Source: Syntrophales bacterium
GTDB taxonomy: Bacteria > Desulfobacterota > Syntrophia > Syntrophales > PHBD01
Length of the DNA: 64,000 nt
Assembly (NCBI GenBank): GCA_963668175.1
Contig: OY764159.1
Coordinates: forward strand, 1,676,077-1,740,076
Direction: 5' to 3'
Below are positions 28,357-37,418 of the stretch, in pieces (position 1 is the first letter of the stretch; each line of letters begins with the position of its first letter). The translations under genes and the position numbers were made by a program. The notes under the pieces were generated by a model that saw nothing but the letters and a program-made list of their open reading frames with translations, did no database searches and was not told the DNA's origin.

Positions 28357-28941
28357 ATGCGCTGGAATAATCTTTCGACATACAAGCGGGAGGCTTGGGT
28401 GGCGCTGGCCTTTGCGCTCCTCATCGCCGCCACGGTGTTTCAGCTTCACGAACAGGGGAGGGGTTTCTGGTGCGCCTGCGGGCAGCCTTACCTGTGGGAG
28501 GGCGACATCTGGAGCGCCCACACCTCGCAGCATCTCTTCGACCCGTACAGCTTCACGCACATCCTGCACGGCGTCCTGCTCTGCGGTCTTCTGACGTTGG
28601 CGTTTCCGAAGGTTCCGCTTCCGTGGCGCATCTTCATGGCGGCGGTCATCGAATGCGTCTGGGAAATCGTCGAGAACAGCCCGTATATTATCCACCGCTA
28701 CCGTACCGTCACCATCGGCCTCGGCTACGAGGGGGATTCCATCGCCAATTCCTTAAGCGACATCTCGTGCTGCCTCCTGGGGTTCTACCTGGCCTACCGC
28801 CTGGGCCTCAAACGCTCCATCGTCTTGTTCGTCGTGATTGAGGTTGTGCTCCTCTTCTGGATCAGGGACAACCTGACCCTGAACGTCCTGATGCTCACCT
28901 GGCCCATCGACGCCGTCAAACAGTGGCAGATGATCCGTTGA
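28357..28941 (+). CDS. DUF2585-family membrane protein
   Basis: 194 aa, 4-5 TM helices; TTGACA-17-TAGATA promoter at about 28310-28345. Confidence 0.6.
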   Translation: MRWNNLSTYKREAWVALAFALLIAATVFQLHEQGRGFWCACGQPYLWEGDIWSAHTSQHLFDPYSFTHILHGVLLCGLLTLAFPKVPLPWRIFMAAVIECVWEIVENSPYIIHRYRTVTIGLGYEGDSIANSLSDISCCLLGFYLAYRLGLKRSIVLFVVIEVVLLFWIRDNLTLNVLMLTWPIDAVKQWQMIR

Positions 28942-28944
28942 AGG

Positions 28945-29040
28945 GCGGTGCGATATCGCCGTCGTCATCGCGACCCGCGACGACCGCATCATCCACATCG
29001 CCGACGGGCGCGTCATCCGCGTCGCGGACGTGAAACCGGC
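28945..29040 (+). pseudogene. degenerate duplicate of the 3-prime end of the ABC ATPase gene
   Basis: CGCCGTCGTCATCGCGACCCGCGACGACCGCATCATCCACATCGCCGAC is about 85% identical to 27973-28040 (AVVIATHDDRIEHIAD). Confidence 0.5.
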
Positions 29041-29258
29041 GGGGAGCCGTGAAGGCCGTTCCCGGATCCCATACATGACGGAGACGTTGCCCGGCCGTGG
29101 CTAAGTGATTTGGGGTGAAAACGAATTTGTCTTCATCTCACTTTTTTCCCATATGTGACGGGTTGCTGTCCCCGGGCATCCTCTCCCCATCCTTTTGTTG
29201 CTTTACACCTGTTTATGTTTTACCGTAGATCATCTTAGATCGACAAGAGGAGCAGGAA

Positions 29259-29783
29259 TTGACTCTTTCCGATATCCGTCTTCCCCGGGAACTGGAGGCG
29301 GATGGCAGCGCCGCCGCCATCCGCCGCGCATTATCGTCCCGGACGACGATGATTCGGCCCGGGGGCACGCAGGAAGTTCCCTTGATTGCGATGAGTGCAT
29401 CCTTGGAACAGGCGCTGGTGAGGTCCCGGTCCAAAGGGCAGATCCTTTACGGGTTCGAAGCCATCCGGGAAAGGCTGGCTTCCGAGAAAAAGGGGATCAT
29501 GAATGTACTGGAACAAGGCTCCGCGCCATACGGCAATCGCATCTCCAGGTTGATCCTCTTTTCCGACGACGGCGCCGGGCGCCTCTACCGGCATATCGAG
29601 CAGCTCCTGCTGGATCACAGCCCCAGAATCCTGGGCTGTCTCCTGGATATCGACAGCGGCGTTCTCGGCAGTCTGATTATCGGAAAAGACAGGCCGATCA
29701 AAGTCGTGCTGGCGGAGCACAAAGAGGCGGTGTCCGAACTGCTGCGGGCGATGATCGCCGGACCTGCGCAAACCGATCCATAA
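29259..29783 (+). CDS. hypothetical protein (TTG start with strong AAGAGGAG RBS)
   Basis: 174 aa ORF in the rearranged island; no recognisable family. Confidence 0.4.
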   Translation: MTLSDIRLPRELEADGSAAAIRRALSSRTTMIRPGGTQEVPLIAMSASLEQALVRSRSKGQILYGFEAIRERLASEKKGIMNVLEQGSAPYGNRISRLILFSDDGAGRLYRHIEQLLLDHSPRILGCLLDIDSGVLGSLIIGKDRPIKVVLAEHKEAVSELLRAMIAGPAQTDP

Positions 29784-29949
29784 GGAAATCTCCCTGCCAC
29801 GATTACTGCAAACCGAAGTTACTCCTGGCGTGTACCACGAACGGCAGCATTATTATATTATCCACACCGTCCAATCTCTCGAATCCGATTAGCGGGAACA
29901 AGAAAATAAACCAGTTCTCCATTCCCCGATTTTGCCGGGACGGAACCGG

Positions 29950-30012
29950 GTCAGACATCCTGATGACGGCCATGGCCCATCGAGGCCGTCAAACAGTGGC
30001 AGATGATTCATT
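29950..30012 (+). pseudogene. degenerate duplicate of the 3-prime end of the DUF2585 gene
   Basis: GGCCCATCGAGGCCGTCAAACAGTGGCAGATGATTCATTGA versus 28900-28941 GGCCCATCGACGCCGTCAAACAGTGGCAGATGATCCGTTGA. Confidence 0.5.
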
Positions 30013-30044
30013 GAGAGATACCGTTAGAAAACCGGTGCGAGTCC

Positions 30045-30845
30045 TCAATTCTTTGCCTTGCCTTTTTTCACATATTTAAACTGACAGATGTTTATGCTGC
30101 CAAATGCAGATCCTTCACGCACTGAGAATCCTCTATATATCTTGAGTATCCCCGGAAACGAATCCCAACCGAACATGTATGCCTGCCCTTTATACAGCAT
30201 TATCTCAGCACCGTAAGAAGCATTAATGGAACCCAGTATATCATTATATCGCCAATCTAGACGAGTATCCGATTTTATTACACCATACAAATCTTTCCAT
30301 CCTGCTTCGTTACATGATCGCTGATTTAACAATACAACCTGTTCAGTACGGCCATCGTAATCAATATCAATCGTTGCGATCTGTAGTTTGATTCGACCGT
30401 CAGTAAGATCGGTCTTGTAACCTGGCTCAATTATCTTCCATTGCCCAACGCGATACTTTTCTCCCCGGCCACTCAAAGCCATGTCCTCAATCAGTCCCCA
30501 ATGGGCTTTGGGATCAATCAAACTCCATGCGAGCTTCTTAAACTGCTTTTCCCCAGGCGGCAGAGTCCAGTTGCAAATCAGTTTATCAGGAGATTCACAG
30601 GTTCTGTTCAATACCTTTTCAAAATCGACACACACGGGCAATTCGCTCCTTTCCCACACTTCCGCGCGCCTGCCATTCCCCAGAGATGTTGTCCGATCTA
30701 CCCATGAGATGCGTTTCCAGCATTTCTGCGTCTTTTTAATTTTTTTCTCGATAGCCGTTGCATCCTGTTTTTCGGCCGCCATCAGTGATGGACCCGTTAA
30801 ACAGAACACCAAGACAATCGCGGATAGAATCAATTTTCGCGACAT
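30045..30845 (-). CDS. secreted hypothetical protein encoded in an AT-rich (about 42% GC) segment
   Basis: signal peptide MSRKLILSAIVLVFCL; codon usage unlike neighbours; no family recognised. Confidence 0.55.
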   Translation of the reverse strand: MSRKLILSAIVLVFCLTGPSLMAAEKQDATAIEKKIKKTQKCWKRISWVDRTTSLGNGRRAEVWERSELPVCVDFEKVLNRTCESPDKLICNWTLPPGEKQFKKLAWSLIDPKAHWGLIEDMALSGRGEKYRVGQWKIIEPGYKTDLTDGRIKLQIATIDIDYDGRTEQVVLLNQRSCNEAGWKDLYGVIKSDTRLDWRYNDILGSINASYGAEIMLYKGQAYMFGWDSFPGILKIYRGFSVREGSAFGSINICQFKYVKKGKAKN

Positions 30846-30955
30846 ATCGCTTAACCTCTCACGGTCTGCTGTCCGGATAGACCATGGCCCGATCTTGCGT
30901 CGGGCCATGGCCGTTCAATCGTTTTCCAAGCTTCACATTTCCGAAACAGACAGCA

Positions 30956-33046
30956 TCAGGTCTTTGCTGCCGCATCCGGCGCCGAGGCCGGTGCAGCCGC
31001 GGCGTCCTTCTTCGTGATGAGGCTGGTGAGATAGGCGGAAAGCAGGCCGCCGATGCCGTCGCCGCCCTGGACCAGGAAGTCCGGCGTGACCTTGACGTTG
31101 CCCGCGGCGATCTGCTTGGAGATTTCGATGGCCGTGACGCCCTGCTGTCCCACCGCCTTGTTCTGCAGTTCGTAGGCCTTCGCCGTGGCCTCGCCGATGG
31201 CGAGTATCTTGGAACCCTCGGCGTCGCCCTTCGCCTTGATACCCTTCGCCTCGCCCTCGGCCCGGAGCCTGATGCTCTCCGCCTCGCCTTCGGCGAAGCG
31301 GATCGCCTTCTGCTTGTTCTGCTCGGCGATCTTGACGCCGATCTCCGCTTCCACGAGGTTCTTCTGCTGGTCGGCCTCGGAGCGCGTCTTCTCGGTGGCG
31401 ATGCGAGTCTGCTCCGCCTTCTGCTGTTCCTGGTACATCGCCTGCTGCTGCTGGGCGATGATCTTCATCGTCTGTGTGTCCATGAGGTCCTGGGGCAGCT
31501 TGATCTGGCAGATGAGGACGGAGACGCATTCCACATGGTATTTCTCAAGCTCCGTGCGGGCCCGCTCTTCGGCTTTCCGCTGCTCGTCCTGGCGGTCCTG
31601 CATGAAGTTCATGGCGGACGTGGACGAGGCCTGGTTGCGGAAGCTCGAATCGATCATCGGGTGGATGACGTGGCGGATCAGGTTGTCGATGGAGCCGATC
31701 TTGGCGACCATGTAGGGCGCCTGGTCGGGGCGGACGCGGATGATGACCTTGACGGCGACGCTGATCTCGAAGCCGTCGCGGGAGATGACCTTCAGGGGAT
31801 CGAAGTTCGTCTCCTTGGCGTCGTCCCAGTCGATGGTGATGTTCGTCGTATCGACGATGTAGGCGATGAACGCCCGGCGGTTCAGGTAATAGATGCCGGG
31901 GCCGGCCACCTCCTGCTGGATGCCGCGGAAGCCCTTGGGCACGACGTAGCGCTCGATGCCGGTGTCCAGCCTTTTTTCGATCAGTTCGACCGGCGGCACG
32001 CCCGTGTCCGCCTGGATCTCCTTCCTGGCCGTTTCCGCGACGATCTGCTTCACCTGTTCGGGCTCTTCGCCCACGTTCGAGATGACGACGGCGACCTGGC
32101 CGCGCTCCACGGTGGCTACGTCGTCAAGCTCCAGCTGGAACATGAGGGTATTGACGTAGTACGTGCCCGGCTTGAGGACGTCGAACTGGGGGCCGCGCTG
32201 GCCGCCCGCCCCCAGGAACTTCGAGGCGTCCTGGTAATCGTTGTGCCCCGGGACGGACTTCGCCACGTATTCGGTCTCCGGCAGGGGCTCGCCGTCCAGC
32301 GACGTCACCAGCCCGACCTTGCCGGACGGGACCACCGTGGCCTCCCTGACCTCCGCGTGGAAGAGGTCGGTGTTGATGCGGTAAGTGCCGGGCAGCAGAA
32401 TTTCGATCTGCGGCCCCTTCTGGCCGTGGTTGCGGAGGAACATCTGGCCGTTTTCGAAGTTCGAGTGGCCTTCCGCCTTGTGGGCGAGAAGCCGGCCGAC
32501 GGAGATCGGCTCGCCGTCCATCGCCGTGACCATGCCGATCTTGCCCTTGTCGATCACGATGCAGGGGACCTTGCGGATTTTGAACAGGAAGGGGTTGATG
32601 CGGTAGTTCCCCGGCGGGAGGATTTCGATCTGGGGGCCCTTCTCCCCGCCGTTGTGGAGGAAGGCCTCGCCGTCCTGAAACGAATCGTGACCGGAGACTA
32701 CCTTGGCGAAGATCTTTCCCGGAGGAATGGCGTCCCCGTCGATGGATTCGATGATGCCGACCTGGTCCTCGGTGATGACGGTGAAGGGCACCTTCGTCGC
32801 TTTGTAAAGGAAGGGGATCAGGAGGTGAAGCCCCGGCCCCAGGGTCCTCGCCTGGACGCCGACCTCGTCCGCCATGGCGACGACGCGGCCGCTGGGCATC
32901 TTCTTGCCGAACCAGCGCCGTTCGAGAACGGCGATCTGCGTGCCCCCGACGTTGACGATCATGTTAGTCAGGATGATGAGAAAGAGGATGAACCCGACGG
33001 CGTAGAGGGCGACCATGCCCGGGTGCTGAAAGATGTAATCGATCAT
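30956..33046 (-). CDS. flotillin-like SPFH/band-7 protein
   Basis: N-terminal TM, repeated SPFH beta segments, long Glu/Ala/Lys-rich coiled coil (flotillin C-terminus). Confidence 0.85.
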   Translation of the reverse strand: MIDYIFQHPGMVALYAVGFILFLIILTNMIVNVGGTQIAVLERRWFGKKMPSGRVVAMADEVGVQARTLGPGLHLLIPFLYKATKVPFTVITEDQVGIIESIDGDAIPPGKIFAKVVSGHDSFQDGEAFLHNGGEKGPQIEILPPGNYRINPFLFKIRKVPCIVIDKGKIGMVTAMDGEPISVGRLLAHKAEGHSNFENGQMFLRNHGQKGPQIEILLPGTYRINTDLFHAEVREATVVPSGKVGLVTSLDGEPLPETEYVAKSVPGHNDYQDASKFLGAGGQRGPQFDVLKPGTYYVNTLMFQLELDDVATVERGQVAVVISNVGEEPEQVKQIVAETARKEIQADTGVPPVELIEKRLDTGIERYVVPKGFRGIQQEVAGPGIYYLNRRAFIAYIVDTTNITIDWDDAKETNFDPLKVISRDGFEISVAVKVIIRVRPDQAPYMVAKIGSIDNLIRHVIHPMIDSSFRNQASSTSAMNFMQDRQDEQRKAEERARTELEKYHVECVSVLICQIKLPQDLMDTQTMKIIAQQQQAMYQEQQKAEQTRIATEKTRSEADQQKNLVEAEIGVKIAEQNKQKAIRFAEGEAESIRLRAEGEAKGIKAKGDAEGSKILAIGEATAKAYELQNKAVGQQGVTAIEISKQIAAGNVKVTPDFLVQGGDGIGGLLSAYLTSLITKKDAAAAPASAPDAAAKT

Positions 33047-33442
33047 GTTTTTGGTCCTTTCTTCTTGTTCTGGGGTTGATCTTGTTTTTTAGCTTCCTGT
33101 AACCGCTGTTCCGGAGGCCGGACCATTTTCGCCGGCGCATCCCGGCACATGTGTCCGTATACGCGGGAAGCCCGGAACAGGGACGATTTTTGCCAATTCT
33201 CGCCTCTTTTATACTAAAGAATAAGATATTATGCTAATATTTATTTTAGACAGAATCACTATTTTGTAAATAGCTGGGTATTGTAGAGGATAATACACAA
33301 AACGATGGGGCGCGTTTCACGCGAGACGAGGCAAAGGAAAATGGTGGCGTGGGGTGGCTCCGTGATGCGGCCGGGGTGATGCACAGATAAAGCGTTTGCA
33401 GGGAATGAAACCTGAGATTATCGGTGAACGGCCGGTCGCGGC

Positions 33443-35254
33443 CTAGACTAGTTCCGTGAGGGCTTCCCGGATGCGGAGGACCACATCGTCCCAGCCGCCG
33501 GGTTCGTTCTGGTTGAAGATGCGCAGGGTGCCGGGATACCAGGGGCTGTCCTCCCTGTCGACGAACCAGCGCCAGCAGCTGTTGAACCGGTTCAGGAGCC
33601 ATACGGGTTTGCCCATTGCCCCCGCCAGGTGGACGACGGCCGTATCGACGCTGATGACGAGATCGAGGTTTGCGATAAGGGCGGCCGTATCGGCGAAATC
33701 GCGGCAGTCCGCCGTCCAGTCGATGAGCCCGAAGTCGGCCGGGGCCTTCGGCCCGTCCTTCTGCAGCGAGAAGAACCGCACATCGGCGACATCCAAAAGA
33801 GGGGCCAGGCATTCGGGGGCGACGGACCTTTTCCTGTCTGTGATGACGAGATCGGGAGACTGGACCCGAGAGCTTCCCGCCCAGGCCAGTCCGACTTTCA
33901 TGTCGTCCGATCCCAGGGCGGCAATACGTTCCCGCCAGCGGGCCTCGTCGGCGGCATCGGGACGCAGATAGGGGACAACCGCCGGTATCGTTTCGACCTC
34001 CGTCCTGAAAACGACGGGCAGATGCATCATGGGGCAGTGGACATCGAAAGCCGGGATGTCGTCGGTACGCGTGAAAATGGCGTCCACACCGGCGAGTGTC
34101 CGGACAATGCGCTGCAACTGGGGCGGCACGAACATGAGGACGTTGAAACCCATTGCCCTGATCATGGGTACGTACCGGCAGAATTGAATGGTATCGCCGA
34201 AGCCCTGTTCGGCGTGGATCAGGATCGTCCGGCCTTCTCCCGCTTCTCCCCGCCACTCGGGCCGGTTGAAGCACCGGGAAATATGGCTGAACTGCTTCGA
34301 CTGCCAGCGCCATTTGTATTCGCGCCATCCCTCGTCGAAGTGCCCGAGGGCCAGGAGAGACATCGCCAGATTTTTGTGTATTTCCGCATTGCCGGGATCG
34401 AAGCGCAACGCCTCCCGGTAAACCTCGACGGCCTCTTCGTGAAGCCGCGAATCCTTCAGCGTGTTGCCCAGATTGTTGAGGGCGCCGGGATACGTGGGGC
34501 GGAGCGTCAGGGCCTTCCTGCTACACTCGACGGCCCCGGCGAGGTCGTCCCTGAAGCGCCGGATCACGCTCAGGTTGCTGAGGGCCTCGGGATAGTCCGG
34601 TTGGATCGACAGGGCCTCCCGGTAAAGGGCCTCTGCGCCGTCCAGGTCGTTCGAAAGGAAGCGGATAACGCCGAGATTGTTGATGACCAGGGGATTGCCG
34701 GGAACGAGGTCAAGCGCCAGCTTATAGCAGGCCGCCGCTTCGGACAGCAGGCCCATCTCTTTCAGGGTGTTGCCTTTTCCCGTGAGAGTCGCGGCATGAT
34801 GGGGGTCGATGGAGAGCGATTTGTCGAAGGCGGTAAGCGATCCTGCCATGTCGCCGGTCTTTCTCAGGGCATGGCCGATGTGGGCATGAGCCCTGGCATG
34901 GTCCGGCCTGAAGGAGACAACGCGCGTCATGAGCAAAAGCGCCGCGGTGTAATTGTTCTGGGCCAGGTGCATGAGGGCGAAGCAGTACATGACAGCCGTC
35001 GACCGGGGGACGAGGGCCAGGGCCTTCTGCATCCAGGCCTCCGCCTCCTTCTTGCGCCCCTCCACAAAATTGACGACGCCCTGCAGGAAGACGAAGGTGT
35101 GGTTCTCGGGATTTTTCCGCCAGAGCTCGATGCAGACCTGCCGGGTCTCTTCGACTTTCTCCTGCCCGCGTCCGCTCATAATCAGGAATTCGACAATATC
35201 CTCGATCCGGCTGTCCGTGTCTGTCCGGCGGTCTGTCATTGCTTCCCGGTTCAT
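33443..35254 (-). CDS. TPR-repeat protein with C-terminal GT9 (heptosyltransferase)-like glycosyltransferase domain
   Basis: about 9 TPR repeats, then ILIHAEQGFGDTIQFCRY...LAWAGSS...DTAVVHLAGAMGKPVWLL resembling ADP-heptose transferase fold. Confidence 0.75.
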   Translation of the reverse strand: MNREAMTDRRTDTDSRIEDIVEFLIMSGRGQEKVEETRQVCIELWRKNPENHTFVFLQGVVNFVEGRKKEAEAWMQKALALVPRSTAVMYCFALMHLAQNNYTAALLLMTRVVSFRPDHARAHAHIGHALRKTGDMAGSLTAFDKSLSIDPHHAATLTGKGNTLKEMGLLSEAAACYKLALDLVPGNPLVINNLGVIRFLSNDLDGAEALYREALSIQPDYPEALSNLSVIRRFRDDLAGAVECSRKALTLRPTYPGALNNLGNTLKDSRLHEEAVEVYREALRFDPGNAEIHKNLAMSLLALGHFDEGWREYKWRWQSKQFSHISRCFNRPEWRGEAGEGRTILIHAEQGFGDTIQFCRYVPMIRAMGFNVLMFVPPQLQRIVRTLAGVDAIFTRTDDIPAFDVHCPMMHLPVVFRTEVETIPAVVPYLRPDAADEARWRERIAALGSDDMKVGLAWAGSSRVQSPDLVITDRKRSVAPECLAPLLDVADVRFFSLQKDGPKAPADFGLIDWTADCRDFADTAALIANLDLVISVDTAVVHLAGAMGKPVWLLNRFNSCWRWFVDREDSPWYPGTLRIFNQNEPGGWDDVVLRIREALTELV

Positions 35255-35278
35255 GGCATTGTTTCCTTATCCGGGCTG

Positions 35279-36004
35279 TCAGGCCGACGTATTGATGGTG
35301 CCTGCCTGGGTGCCGGCGTTAAGCAGGCCCGCCAACATATCCAGCAGTTTTTTCCGGTTGGAGCCGGACATTGAACCAGTCGAAACCGCATCGGAGGCCG
35401 AACCGCTCGCGCTCACCGATTGCACGTTTTTGAGCAGGTCGGAAAAGGAGCTCTTTGCGCTTGTGAGATCGCCCGACGAGAGGGCGGTGGAGAGTGTGCC
35501 GAGTGCCGTGGACAGCTTATTGGAACTGTCTTTCGTACCGGAGGACGATGCGGCCGCAGTTACGGTTTTCCCCGCCGTTCCCGAATCGGCGGCCGGCCCG
35601 TTCTGCAGGTTCTGCATGACCGTGGCGAAGATATTTCGGGCGCCGGTCAGGTTCCCCGCGGCAAGGGCCGCTCCCAGGGCGTCCATGTCCTTTTTCAGCG
35701 GATTCGAATCGTTTCCGGCCGCGGCCGAAGACGTCGTGCCCGCCGCATCCGTGGAGCTTGCTCCCTGGATGTCCTGCGTGAGTTGCGAGAGGAACGAATT
35801 CTGCGAGTTGAACAGACTGTTGATGTCGAGCGCCTGAAGAAGCGAACTCACATCGGTCGAACTGGTATCCGCGGTGCTGGTCCCGAAGACGGCATTGAAT
35901 GCCGAATCGGCGGATTGACTGCCCGACGAATCGGTCCGCGAACCGAACAGTGATTTATAGAGCTCGTAAAGATAGTTGCTTGACGAAATTCCGGATATCG
36001 ACAC
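35279..36004 (-). CDS. Ser/Thr/Ala-rich low-complexity protein
   Basis: GTG start with perfect AAAGGAGG RBS; 241 aa, over 45% S/T/A/G, no signal peptide. Confidence 0.5.
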   Translation of the reverse strand: MSISGISSSNYLYELYKSLFGSRTDSSGSQSADSAFNAVFGTSTADTSSTDVSSLLQALDINSLFNSQNSFLSQLTQDIQGASSTDAAGTTSSAAAGNDSNPLKKDMDALGAALAAGNLTGARNIFATVMQNLQNGPAADSGTAGKTVTAAASSSGTKDSSNKLSTALGTLSTALSSGDLTSAKSSFSDLLKNVQSVSASGSASDAVSTGSMSGSNRKKLLDMLAGLLNAGTQAGTINTSA

Positions 36005-36805
36005 GATAAACCTCCTTTCTCATCGCCTGTCCCGGACCCCGGATAGAGGCCGGCGGCGATTGCCTCTGGTGGTTGGACAAAAGCAACGAACGTGCCCTGG
36101 AGACAACGTTGCGCGCCGAACCGTCGCATCCCGGCGTGAAGAGTCCTTACGGCCGGACTGACCGGCGGGTTTCTTGCGAATAAAGTTCTTGAAAATCGGA
36201 TATATAGCCGCTATGCCGGAGAGGCGGGCTGCCGCGGTTGCCTTTGAAAAATATACAAATCTTAACGGAAGATTCCAGGTGGGATGCGGCAGGGCAGGCC
36301 GCCCGCCGGCCGCAAAGAGGGAAAATATTGCCAGGGCGGAATTGCCGGGGGAAAATTATGCCTCCGTCCAGCGGCCCGGCCGTGTTCCCGGAAAGAGGGC
36401 GTGGCGGCGCGGGAAGTGCGACGCCTCCCTTCATCTCTCTCCATTCAGGCCGATCGGGACGGCATCGCAACGGAAAATGCGGGCATGGTTCCGTTCGTCT
36501 CCCCCGTTGCCTTTGTTATCCGCGGGAATGCCTCTCCCCGCTTTCCTGCATTCTTCTTATTCCGCACGGACCTCGCGTCCCTTGCCAGACTGGCTGCGGC
36601 CTGCTGCAGGGCGCGGATCTCCTCCGCCGTCAGATAATCGATAGCGCTCCTCATAGCAATCCTTTCCCGTGCCGGCCGCCGGCGGCAATTTTTGCTGCCC
36701 GCCTGCCCTCGATAAAACATTATTTGCCGGTTTCACGGCGTACCCACCCCTCAATATACGGATATTGCATGTCACGTGCCAGGAGAAGGGCGGCTTGCGG
36801 AAATA

Positions 36806-36860
36806 AAGAAAGGGCGGTTGTCCTCGACGGCTCATACGCCGTTCCGCCCTTCTTAAGACA
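36806..36860 (-). terminator. rho-independent terminator downstream of leuD
   Basis: on minus strand AAGGGCGG...CCGCCCTT stem followed by TCTTTATTTCC. Confidence 0.5.
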
Positions 36861-36923
36861 CAGGCTTTCGCCCGTCCTTTATTTTCGATTTTCTGCACTG
36901 TTTTCGGAATTGGTTTCGCAGCG

Positions 36924-37418
36924 TCAGCGCCTATTGGCGACGATGTAGGCCATGAGGCCGCCGGCGGCGACGAGTTCCTGCATAAACGGCGGAATCGGTT
37001 CGATGCGCCATGTCCCCGAAGCCGGTGGCGAAGCCGTGACGGTGCCGCTCGCGCTGTCCACCTCGATCTCGCTGCCCTCGGCGACGGCGTCCCATATTTC
37101 CGCGGATTCGAAGATGGGCAGGCCCATATTGAAGGCGTTGCGATAGAATATCCGGGCGAAGCTCTTCGCAATAACGCAGGAGATGCCGGCCGCCTTGATC
37201 GCTATCGGCGCATGCTCCCGCGACGAGCCGCAGCCGAAATTCTCCCCCGCCACGATGATGTCCCCCCGCGCGATCTTTTTCGCGAACGCGGGGTCCGCGT
37301 CCTCCATGCAGTGGGCGGCCAGGGCCTCCGGGTCCGAAGTGTTCAGGTAACGCGCAGGGATGATGGCGTCCGTATCGATGTTGTTGCCGAATTTCCAGAT
37401 GCGTCCTTTGTACTTCAT
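36924..37418 (-). CDS. leuD: 3-isopropylmalate dehydratase small subunit (LeuD-like aconitase swivel domain)
   Basis: 164 aa; DTDAIIPARYL...GENFGCGSSREHAP motif; ATGA overlap with leuA stop; RBS GGAGG. Confidence 0.8.
   Translation of the reverse strand: MKYKGRIWKFGNNIDTDAIIPARYLNTSDPEALAAHCMEDADPAFAKKIARGDIIVAGENFGCGSSREHAPIAIKAAGISCVIAKSFARIFYRNAFNMGLPIFESAEIWDAVAEGSEIEVDSASGTVTASPPASGTWRIEPIPPFMQELVAAGGLMAYIVANRR

Noticed and set aside
36445-36660. 71-aa minus-strand ORF (MRSAIDYLTAEEIRALQQAA...) with a GGAAAGGA RBS in the 900-bp gap between the S/T-rich protein and leuD
   Set aside because: Other frames in the same GC-rich stretch give equally long ORFs; cannot distinguish a real small protein from noise without conservation data.
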